Of a stretch of DNA of 64,000 nucleotides, positions 16,955 to 24,813 are shown piece after piece. The notes beneath the pieces are model-generated. The model had not been told where the DNA came from and made no database searches. It worked only from the letters and a program-made list of their open reading frames with translations. Source of the DNA: Planctomycetota bacterium (GTDB lineage: Bacteria; Planctomycetota; SZUA-567; H5-PLA8); assembly GCA_015075375.1 (NCBI GenBank), contig JABTUM010000002.1, forward strand, positions 853,393-917,392, given 5' to 3'. Position numbers and translations under genes: made by a program. Position 1 is the stretch's first letter. Every line of letters begins with the position of its first letter.

Positions 16955-19009
16955 ATGATGACGAATGTGAAGCAAGTGTGGAGCCTGTGGGCGGCGGCGT
17001 TGCTGCTGGCCTTCAGCGCGGGCATGGCTTGGGCCGGCGAGGACCCGCACGGCGGCACGATCGATCCGCACGGGAAACTGGCCGATCCGCATGCCGGGCA
17101 CAACCACGGGTCCGATCCGCACGGCGCGCCGGCCGCCAACGAGGAACCCGAAGAGAAGCTCCCGCCGGCGGTGCTGGAAGGCGAACTGGATTTCCGCGCC
17201 ATCGAGAGCTTGGCGATTCAGGAAGGCGGCCGCAAGAAGCCGCTGCATACGTACGCCGTCGAAAGCCTGGAGCAGATCTGCGGGCGCTCCATCGCGCTGA
17301 TCAACAGCGCGCCGACCTTCAAAGACCCCTCCACCGGCGCTCCGCGCGAAGCCATCGACCTGTTCCTGGCCATGTGGCTCAATACGAGGCAGTGGTACAA
17401 AGAGCCCGTCGTGCTCGTTTCGCACCGTCCGCTGCGCGTCGAACTGGGACTCGATCCGGCCAAGAAGCATTTTTCCATCCAGCAGCTCATCGAGAATGAG
17501 GCGTTCAACAAGCTGTACGGGGAGGCCCTCGCCAAGCGCCACGCCGAGAAGGAAAAAGAGATGTCGGCGCTTGAGCAAGAAGCCGAACTGGTGGGCGCGC
17601 GGCTGGAATTGATGCGCAAGATCGTGACCGGGGAGGCCGTGCATATCGTCCCCCACCCCGCCGATCCGGACGGCACCTGGATCAGCCTGCGCGAGTTCCG
17701 TGCGATCGAGCAGAATCCGCCGCAGGCCACCGAGATCGTCGCGCAGCAGCGCTACAGCGGGAACGCCGAATTGGCTCAGAAGCTGGTGATGGATTACGCG
17801 AACAATTACAGCGAGGACCAGCTCTTCGCGCTCAACGATAAAGCCAAGCAATTCATGCTCGCCTACCGTGCGCGCGACAAGGAAGCCTTCTCCAAGACCG
17901 CCGCGGATCTGCGTACCTCGCTGGCCTCGATGAGCCCCGGCGTGTACCCCGACCAGACGGCGCTTTTACGCGAAATTCGCTTTAACGAAGCGCGCCCCTT
18001 CGGCAGCGCGTGGCGCTGGTACGTGATCGCCGCCATCGTCTGTTCCGTGGCCTTGAAGTTCGCCAACAGACCCTTCTACCTGGGTGCATGGGGCTGCTTC
18101 GTTCTGGGATTGGGTTACCACGTGTGGGGCTTCACCCAACGCTGCTTGATCGCGGGCCGTCCGCCGGTGACGAACATGTACGAATCGGTGATCTGGGTCG
18201 GCTTCGGATGCGTCGCGTTCGCGCTGGCCTTCGAAGCGATTTACCGGACCCGGTACTACCTCCTCGGCGGTGCGCTGGGCGGGTTCCTGTGCCTGATGCT
18301 GATGGATCTGGTGCCCTATTTCGCCGGGAATGCGCATCTGCCGGGCTTCGAGGCGAAGATCAACCCGCTCGTCCCGGTGCTGCGCGATAACTTCTGGCTC
18401 ACCGTCCACGTGCTCACCATCACCGCCAGCTACGCCGCCTTTGCGCTGGCTTGGCTGATCGCCCACGTGACGCTGGGCTCGTACATCGTCAATCCCGGCG
18501 CTCAGATCCGCCACCGCCAGTTGCATGGCTTCGTCTACCGAGTCGTGCAAGTCGGCGTGTTGCTCCTGGCCACCGGAACCATCCTGGGCGGCGTCTGGGC
18601 GTACTATTCCTGGGGCCGATTCTGGGGCTGGGACCCCAAGGAGACCTGGGCCTTCATCGCGCTGCTGTGCTACCTGGTCTTCTTACACGGGCGCTTTACC
18701 GGCTGGTGGGGCAACTTCGGGCTCAGCGTCGGAGCGGTGGTCAGCTTCGTTTCGGTGGTGATGGCCTGGTACGGCGTGAATTTCGTCCTGGGCTCGGGCC
18801 TGCACAGCTACGGCGCCGGCGCCAACATGGGCCAGCAATACGTCTTCGGACTGGTCTGCTTGGACCTGCTTTTCGTCACCGTGGCGATCTGGCGCAACTA
18901 CGCCTTCCGGCACGACTCCAACGCCGAAGAACCCGATGCCGACGCGGAAGAGAAGCTCACCGCCACCGACCCCATCGACGAAGAGCTGGAAGTCACCGCC
19001 AAAGCGTAA
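16955..19009 (+). CDS. ccsA: Cytochrome c biogenesis heme exporter CcsA/ResC with a roughly 300-aa N-terminal periplasmic extension.
   Basis: ATG at 16955 with a CAAGGAAG RBS. It has a signal peptide, then four DPH(G/A) repeats, then the CcsA core with the WWD signature (WGRFWGWDPKETWAFI). Confidence 0.8.
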   Translation: MMTNVKQVWSLWAAALLLAFSAGMAWAGEDPHGGTIDPHGKLADPHAGHNHGSDPHGAPAANEEPEEKLPPAVLEGELDFRAIESLAIQEGGRKKPLHTYAVESLEQICGRSIALINSAPTFKDPSTGAPREAIDLFLAMWLNTRQWYKEPVVLVSHRPLRVELGLDPAKKHFSIQQLIENEAFNKLYGEALAKRHAEKEKEMSALEQEAELVGARLELMRKIVTGEAVHIVPHPADPDGTWISLREFRAIEQNPPQATEIVAQQRYSGNAELAQKLVMDYANNYSEDQLFALNDKAKQFMLAYRARDKEAFSKTAADLRTSLASMSPGVYPDQTALLREIRFNEARPFGSAWRWYVIAAIVCSVALKFANRPFYLGAWGCFVLGLGYHVWGFTQRCLIAGRPPVTNMYESVIWVGFGCVAFALAFEAIYRTRYYLLGGALGGFLCLMLMDLVPYFAGNAHLPGFEAKINPLVPVLRDNFWLTVHVLTITASYAAFALAWLIAHVTLGSYIVNPGAQIRHRQLHGFVYRVVQVGVLLLATGTILGGVWAYYSWGRFWGWDPKETWAFIALLCYLVFLHGRFTGWWGNFGLSVGAVVSFVSVVMAWYGVNFVLGSGLHSYGAGANMGQQYVFGLVCLDLLFVTVAIWRNYAFRHDSNAEEPDADAEEKLTATDPIDEELEVTAKA

Positions 19010-19115
19010 GGACCGGTTTCCGTTCGCCAGTTCGTAGTTTCCAAGTCACGCCAAGCGCGTCGCAAGCGGCTGCGCGCCACCCGTGTAGCCGTTGGCTGCC
19101 AACTGGAAGCAAGCT

Positions 19116-19868
19116 TTACTCAAGCGCTTGGCGAACCGCCTCTGGCCATATCGTCCCCACATCGCCTTCCAGCCGCAGGGTCACGCAGGCTTCGCCATCT
19201 TGGTCGGTCGGGCCTTGGTTGACGATGACGTAAGGCACACCGCGTCTGGCCGCGGCCAGCGGAATCCCGGCGGCCGGATGAACCGATAGCGTACTGCCCA
19301 GCGCCACGCACAGGTCGCAGCGCCGAGCCGCCTCGTACGCGTTCAAAAGGTCTTCTTCGCGCAGGGACTGCCCAAAGCTGACCGTCGCCGACTTGAGCCA
19401 CCCGCCGCAGGCGCAGACGGGCGGCGTGCGCGTGCGCGCGAAGGCTTCGAAGTGCGCGGCCGGCGCGCTGCGCGCTTTGCAGGTCTGGCATTCGACTTCG
19501 GTAGCCGTGCCGTGGACTTCGACCAGCGCTTCCCGCGGCAACCCCGCCGCCTGATGCAAGCCGTCGATGTTCTGCGTGACGCAACGCTCGAGCTTGCCCG
19601 CCGCGTGCAGTTCGGCGACGGCCCGGTGCGCCGCATTGGGTCGCGCCTTCGAAAAGGCCTCGAAAGCGTGCAGCTTCTGGCCCCAGTACTCCACCCGGGC
19701 GGCGTGGTCGGTCATGAAGTCCTGATAGTAGACGGGCTGGAACGTCTTCCAGACGCCTTGCGGCCCGCGGAAATCCGGGATGCCGCTGCCGGTGGAGATG
19801 CCCGCGCCGGTAAAGACGAGGATCCTGCGCGCGGCGCGAAGCAGGTCGGCGAATCGACCGCTTTCCAT
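19116..19868 (-). CDS. cobB: NAD-dependent protein deacylase (Sir2/CobB family).
   Basis: It has the Rossmann motif FTGAGIST, the TQNIDGLH motif and the CxxC...CxxC zinc site. The start is trimmed to the ATG at 19868 (MESGRFADLL...). Confidence 0.8.
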   Translation of the reverse strand: MESGRFADLLRAARRILVFTGAGISTGSGIPDFRGPQGVWKTFQPVYYQDFMTDHAARVEYWGQKLHAFEAFSKARPNAAHRAVAELHAAGKLERCVTQNIDGLHQAAGLPREALVEVHGTATEVECQTCKARSAPAAHFEAFARTRTPPVCACGGWLKSATVSFGQSLREEDLLNAYEAARRCDLCVALGSTLSVHPAAGIPLAAARRGVPYVIVNQGPTDQDGEACVTLRLEGDVGTIWPEAVRQALE

Positions 19869-19971
19869 AGGCCCTCGATTCTTGCGCCTACCGCTTGGGC
19901 TTCCGCCCCACCCGTTCGTTCCCGGCTTCGTGGCGGTCCCGATGCCCCTGGGCGCCCGGCCTGGGCCCATG

Positions 19972-20000
19972 AAAAAGCCCCGCTCGCAGGCGGGGCTTTT
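19972..20000 (-). terminator. Bidirectional intrinsic terminator (AGCCCCGC-tcgcag-GCGGGGCT) flanked by A and T runs.
   Basis: It has an 8-bp GC stem. The minus strand has TTTTT after the stem, downstream of the tetraheme gene stop at 20026. Confidence 0.6.
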
Positions 20001-20025
20001 CCAAAAGGTTCGTCTACCGGCTTCG

Positions 20026-21726
20026 CTACTTGCCGGCTTCCTTCATGATCTTCTCGATGTCCGGCAGGCCGTGGCCGCAGCGGACACAGTACTTGTAGTC
20101 CTTCGGCCATTTCACGCCGCATTCCGGACAGAAGACGAACTTACCCCATTCTTCCTTGGTCAGCGGCGCGCGCTTGGACGGATCTTCCTGGGCGGGCGGC
20201 GGCGTCGATTCGACCTTGGGCGGCGTGGCCGCAGGAGCCTCGGTCTTGGCTTCGACCTTCGGGGCTTCGGTCTTCGCTTCGGGAGCCGCGGCCGGAGCTT
20301 CGGTCTTCGCTTCGACCTTGGGCTCTTCGGTCTTGGCCGCGGGCGGCGGTTCGGGCGTCTTGGCTTCGGCAACGGCCGGAGCGGAGGCCGCGCCGCCGCC
20401 GGGGCCGCCCGGAGGCAGCGGAATCGCCGTCCCGCCCTTGAAGGTGTCCACGAGCGTCTTCGCCACGGGGATAAACTTCTTCTTGTCGAAGTCCTCGCGC
20501 GTGGCGAGCACTTCGTAAAGCTTGTCCATCGTCGCCTGCCGCGCGTCGGCGTCGCCCTTGCCTTCCTTGTCCAGAACCATCGAGAGCGAGGTGAGGGACA
20601 AGACAAGCTGCTCTGCGGCGCGGAAGCCGACGTTGCCGCAAGCTTCGCCTTCGGCGGCGATGCCCGAACGCCACTTGGTCGTCACTTCTTCGCTGAAAGT
20701 GAACTTGTCCACGGCATCGGCCAGCGCTTCCGCCGTTTTGGCCATTTCCTTCAGGGCCCCGGCGGCCTTGGCCGGATCGGTCCAGCCGTCGTGCGCCGCC
20801 TTGAGGTGTTTGTCCAGCTCGTCGAGCTTGGCCTTATCGACCAGCGCCGCGACGTGGCGCGTCATCAGCGCATGCGCGGCCAACTGGTAGTAGCTGTCCA
20901 CGACCAGGTCTTCGCGCGCCTTTTGCTCCAAGCGCCCGGCAAGCTGATACGCCGATTCGCGCAGCGCGACCGTCTGGCCCATCGCCCACGCTTTGGTCCC
21001 CGACCACGGCGTCTTGTCGCGCCAGTGGATCCAGGCTTCGTCCGAACTGAAAACGTGCAACTCGAAGGGAAGCTCGGGGTGGCCGGCCTGAATCAGTTCG
21101 GAGCTGATCTGCAAGTGGCAGGAGATGCACTGGTTGGCGCGGAACTTCATGTTCTTCGTGTCGTACAGCCCCCATTCGTCGTAGAGCTTCTGGGCGCCTA
21201 ATTCTTTGCGCAGCTTATCGGTCCAGCCCTTTTCGGTGTGCGCTTTGAGGTACTTGTCGGCCGGGCCGTGGCAGCTATCGCAGCTCACCCCGTCCTCGAT
21301 GCTGTATCCCTTGGCCTGAATGTCCTCGGGCTTGAGCACGATGCGCTTAGAGCCGTTGGCCAGGTGCAAACCGGACAGCGCATGGCAGTCGATGCACTTC
21401 TCGCTCTTCGTCGGATCCGGAATGTTCAGCTTCTTGGCTAGGTCCTTGGAAACATCGTTGGAGAGCGAGGTATAGGCCTTGGCATGCTTATCGTTGTTCG
21501 ACCAGACGTGATTTTCGTTGTGCCGGGTGGCGCCGCCCTCTTTGGGCGTCGCCGAACCGTGGCAGGCCGCCGCGCTGCACGCGCCCGCTCCGGTGTATTT
21601 GATCCCCTGCGGATCGGCCAGAACTTCGCTTTCCAAGCCGGTCCAATCGCTGAACGCCGCCAGCAGCGCCCCCAGCAGCACGACGGCGCCGATGGTAGCC
21701 CACTTTACCCGTGCACGAATCGCCAT
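20026..21726 (-). CDS. Membrane-anchored tetraheme c-type cytochrome with a TEA/AKTE-repeat linker and a C-terminal double zinc ribbon.
   Basis: It has an N-terminal hydrophobic anchor and four CxxCH motifs (CSAAACH, CIDCH, CDSCH, CISCH). A low-complexity AKTEAPKVEAKTEAP linker follows. The C-terminus is FCPECG...YCVRCG. Confidence 0.75.
   Translation of the reverse strand: MAIRARVKWATIGAVVLLGALLAAFSDWTGLESEVLADPQGIKYTGAGACSAAACHGSATPKEGGATRHNENHVWSNNDKHAKAYTSLSNDVSKDLAKKLNIPDPTKSEKCIDCHALSGLHLANGSKRIVLKPEDIQAKGYSIEDGVSCDSCHGPADKYLKAHTEKGWTDKLRKELGAQKLYDEWGLYDTKNMKFRANQCISCHLQISSELIQAGHPELPFELHVFSSDEAWIHWRDKTPWSGTKAWAMGQTVALRESAYQLAGRLEQKAREDLVVDSYYQLAAHALMTRHVAALVDKAKLDELDKHLKAAHDGWTDPAKAAGALKEMAKTAEALADAVDKFTFSEEVTTKWRSGIAAEGEACGNVGFRAAEQLVLSLTSLSMVLDKEGKGDADARQATMDKLYEVLATREDFDKKKFIPVAKTLVDTFKGGTAIPLPPGGPGGGAASAPAVAEAKTPEPPPAAKTEEPKVEAKTEAPAAAPEAKTEAPKVEAKTEAPAATPPKVESTPPPAQEDPSKRAPLTKEEWGKFVFCPECGVKWPKDYKYCVRCGHGLPDIEKIMKEAGK
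20205..20345 (-). repeat. Coding tandem repeat (AKTEAP/KVE units) in the tetraheme gene linker.
   Basis: Repeated CTTCGGTCTTCGCTTCG-type units appear in the DNA and as repeats in the translation. Confidence 0.5.
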
Positions 21727-21822
21727 GGCCTCGGACGCTCCCTAAAAGTTCGCACTCGAACCGGCTGTGCGCCGGCCCCCTGAAGGGCTGGACGCCTCGG
21801 CCGGAGGCTTATTCAGTTCCGG

Positions 21823-23586
21823 CTACTGCTGCAACTGCGTTCCGCAGCGCGAGCAGAACTTCGTCTTGCCCGGCCAGCGCAGACTGCAATTGGGACAAAG
21901 GATCGAGTTGCCCGCCTGAACGCCCACGCCTTCGGTTTTGGCCGGCGCGGCGGCAGGAGTTTCGGTCTTGGCGGCTTCCGTTTTGGCAGCTTCGGTCTTG
22001 GCTGCGGGAGCCGTTTCCGTCTTGGCGGCTTCGGTCTTCGCCGCGGGCGCTTCTTCGGTCTTGGCCTCCGTCTTGGCAGCCGGTTCGGGCTCGCCGCCGC
22101 CTACGTCGCGCGAGACGATCTTGCCCGCTGGGACGCCGCCCATATCCGTCCCTTGTTCCAGTTCCAGAATGGTGCGCATGCCGATGAAATTCGAGAAGGA
22201 CTTGTCGTGATACAGATGGCATTCCACGCAGCCCGACCGGGCGCCGCCCTGCGGCGAGTGGCACTTGAGGCACTTATCGCGGCTGGGGATCAGAATATCC
22301 GCCGTCGTGGTGCTTTGCGCCGCTTGCACGTGGCATTCGGTGCATTGGAGCACGCGATGGCTCTCGTGGTCGAAGAAGACGCTCTTGGGCGACTTGGCAT
22401 GCGCCGGATTGCGCGGGAACCAGCTTCGCGGCACCTGCGGATCGACGTACAGAGGCAATTCGGTACCGGGAACCTTTCCGTTCACTTCATGGCAGTACGC
22501 GCACGTGCCGCCGTCCTTGAACATCGGCTCAAGAGTGGCCTTCACGTTTTCGTTGAGCCATTCTTCGACCGGGCGGTCGTCCGGCGACTCGACGAACTCG
22601 GGCTCCGTGGGCTTCTGTCCCGGGCGCGGCTTCTTGTACTTGGGATTCTTGACCTTCTTGGGCGGCAGCTTCCCGCCGGATTTGATCAGGTAGTCCTTGA
22701 AGGCCGCGCCGACCTTGGCCGCGACGAGGTCCGACTGCGCGTGCGGCAGCGGCACGTCGCCGATGTTCGCGATCGGCGCAAGCTGCAGCGGGTGGCACAT
22801 CTGGCAGTGCATCTCGAAGTTCACCGGCGCCATGTAGGCGCGCTGCGTATCGGGCGCGTGGCAGTCGAAGCAGTCCAGCGTCGCGCCGGCCACTTTCTTA
22901 AAGCCCGCTTCCAGGCCCATGCGCTGCTTGATCTGGTCGTCCGACCACTTCACTTCCATATGCGCCTTGTGGTTGTACTTCAGCGGCGTCGTGTCCTTCT
23001 CCTTATCGGTGAACATGCGGAATTCGGGGTGGCCGTCTAGGGTCCCAAAGTCGGTTACCTTCGCGAAGAACTTCGCTCCGCCATCGGAGACTTGCAGGTT
23101 TTCGTGGCACTGCGTGCAATGGCGGTCGGCCGTTGCGGCGAGTTCGGCATGGCCCTTGTGCTCGACGTGGCAGCTCGCACAGGTGGCCGTCTGGACCTGC
23201 ACGGGTTTGCCGCCGCGCATCACGGTCATCGTGTGCCCGCCGGGATGGACCATGTTGAGATGGTGGGCCGGACCGTCGTGGCAGCTCAGGCATTTCGCGT
23301 CGGTTACTTTACCCCAGCCGTTGGGGCCGCTTTCGTGGCATTCGATGCAGCGATGCCCGAAAATCGCGTGCTTGCTGCTCACCGGGCCGGGCAAGTACAC
23401 GTTATCGCCGGTCTTGGTGTAGAGCAGCGCCGCCATGCCCAACCCCGCCGCCAGGAAGAGCAGCCAGTTGAGCGTTTTGTACATGCTGCGCCACGGATGC
23501 GGACGCGCGTGGTAGCTGCGGTCCACTCGTTGCGCGCGGGCCTTCTGCTGCGTCGTCAGCTTATCGGCGGTTACGTCTCGGGACAT
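21823..23586 (-). CDS. Membrane-anchored decaheme c-type cytochrome with an AKTE-repeat linker and a C-terminal double zinc ribbon.
   Basis: A 37-aa N-terminal tail is followed by a transmembrane helix (NWLLFLAAGLGMAALLY). Ten CxxCH motifs are present. A linker reads AAKTEAAKTETAPAAKTE... The C-terminus is LCPNCS...FCSRCG. Confidence 0.8.
   Translation of the reverse strand: MSRDVTADKLTTQQKARAQRVDRSYHARPHPWRSMYKTLNWLLFLAAGLGMAALLYTKTGDNVYLPGPVSSKHAIFGHRCIECHESGPNGWGKVTDAKCLSCHDGPAHHLNMVHPGGHTMTVMRGGKPVQVQTATCASCHVEHKGHAELAATADRHCTQCHENLQVSDGGAKFFAKVTDFGTLDGHPEFRMFTDKEKDTTPLKYNHKAHMEVKWSDDQIKQRMGLEAGFKKVAGATLDCFDCHAPDTQRAYMAPVNFEMHCQMCHPLQLAPIANIGDVPLPHAQSDLVAAKVGAAFKDYLIKSGGKLPPKKVKNPKYKKPRPGQKPTEPEFVESPDDRPVEEWLNENVKATLEPMFKDGGTCAYCHEVNGKVPGTELPLYVDPQVPRSWFPRNPAHAKSPKSVFFDHESHRVLQCTECHVQAAQSTTTADILIPSRDKCLKCHSPQGGARSGCVECHLYHDKSFSNFIGMRTILELEQGTDMGGVPAGKIVSRDVGGGEPEPAAKTEAKTEEAPAAKTEAAKTETAPAAKTEAAKTEAAKTETPAAAPAKTEGVGVQAGNSILCPNCSLRWPGKTKFCSRCGTQLQQ
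21925..22090 (-). repeat. Coding tandem repeat (AAKTE units) in the decaheme gene linker.
   Basis: Repeated GGTCTTGGCGGCTTCGGT-type units appear in the DNA. Confidence 0.5.
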
Positions 23587-23631
23587 GCCTCACCTCGGGA
23601 TTCATGGTCCTGCGCGCAAAGCTGCCACCGC

Positions 23632-24594
23632 TTAGTAGTAGAACGTCGCCTTCACGGCATGGAACGCCGAAAGCACCAGCAGCGCGTACGAGAGCGGCGC
23701 GTGCAGGAAGAGCCAGCAGTGAAGCCAGAAATGCAGGCGCTCCTGGAGTTTCAACTGGCGCCGTTCTTCGCAGATCGATTCCAGGTCGCGCAACGGCTCG
23801 TGCAGTGCTGCCGGCAGCAGCGTGCGCGTATGCTCGAAGAGCGCCATGCTGCTCTGCGGTATCGCCAGCTTCGTTTCTTCGGAGTACTCGCGGCCCAGGA
23901 ACGGGCGGATCACTTCGAGGTAAAACGCCTTGAGCGGCCCGCTGCCTTCCACCGGTCCGCCCGACCCGCCGCCACGGGCATGCGCCACGCGGCCCTTCAC
24001 GGCGCCTTGCGTGCGCACCGTTCCGGACATGCCGCCCGGCATTCGGTCCGCATCCTCGGGTTCCGCCGATTCCACGCCCAGCGGCCCGCAGAAGTTCCCC
24101 ACCAGCCGGTCGGCTTCGCGCCGCAGCGTCTCGATCACCTGCGGAATCTGCTCGAACGTGCTCTCCGCGGGTAACCGGTCCAGCATCGTCCGCGGGACCA
24201 GATTCTGCATGACGATCCCGAAGATGCCGCTGACGAGGACGATCGTAAAGAGGACCATCAGCCAGAAGCTGACGCCGTTTCCGAACTTCATTCCGGCGTG
24301 GAAAAGGATCAGCGGATAGGCCAGCAGACCCAGCCAGATGTGCGCCCGCAGCCAGCCTTGCACGCGCCCCAGCCGCCAGATGCGGAAGTGCTTACGCACC
24401 CCCAGCAAGCCGCAGAAGATCATCATCGAGTACCCGATGATGCCGAAGGTCAGCCCCGACCAACTGCCGCCGGACGGGCCGTTACCCCCGCCGCGGTAAG
24501 CGGCTTGGCTGTAGAACGTGTAGTAAGCGGCGGCCACGACGAAAGCGACGACCGTGAACGTAATCCAACTGCGATGGCTCTTATCGATGAGCAC
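23632..24594 (-). CDS. Polytopic membrane protein with conserved His in its transmembrane helices, possibly a b-type heme/quinol-interacting anchor. It is the first gene of the cytochrome operon.
   Basis: GTG start with a GGGGAG RBS. It has at least five predicted transmembrane helices with His in TM3 and TM5 (LAYPLILFHAG, HFWLHCWLFLHAPLSYALLVLSAFHAV). No recognisable enzyme motif was seen. Confidence 0.45.
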   Translation of the reverse strand: MLIDKSHRSWITFTVVAFVVAAAYYTFYSQAAYRGGGNGPSGGSWSGLTFGIIGYSMMIFCGLLGVRKHFRIWRLGRVQGWLRAHIWLGLLAYPLILFHAGMKFGNGVSFWLMVLFTIVLVSGIFGIVMQNLVPRTMLDRLPAESTFEQIPQVIETLRREADRLVGNFCGPLGVESAEPEDADRMPGGMSGTVRTQGAVKGRVAHARGGGSGGPVEGSGPLKAFYLEVIRPFLGREYSEETKLAIPQSSMALFEHTRTLLPAALHEPLRDLESICEERRQLKLQERLHFWLHCWLFLHAPLSYALLVLSAFHAVKATFYY

Positions 24595-24813
24595 CGGAAG
24601 CTCTCCCCTGACTAAGCTCCTGCTCGTGACCCCGGCACCGGCGGCTTAGCACCTCAGGCTGGCGTAGACTCCACTTCGAGCCGACACAAATCGCCCTGAG
24701 GCCCTCACTTCGGGCGGTGCAATAGGGCATGCGCATTGAGATGTTCAGACTCTAGCGGCCTCCTGGGGTTTGCGTCAAGAAAAACACCGATAAAGGCCGT
24801 CCATATAAAGACT

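Noticed and set aside
11990-22090. Tandem DNA repeats that might have been CRISPR or VNTR arrays (11990-12130, 20205-20345, 21925-22090).
   Set aside because: All are in-frame low-complexity coding repeats (AEAKP/AKTE units) inside genes. They lack spacer/repeat periodicity, so there is no CRISPR array.
24690-24725. A GCCCTGAGG 9-mer shared between the aroG-leader terminator and the cytochrome-operon 5' region, which might suggest a repeated element.
   Set aside because: Only a 9-mer is shared. That is within chance expectation for 64 kb of GC-rich DNA on two strands. The flanks show no extended similarity.
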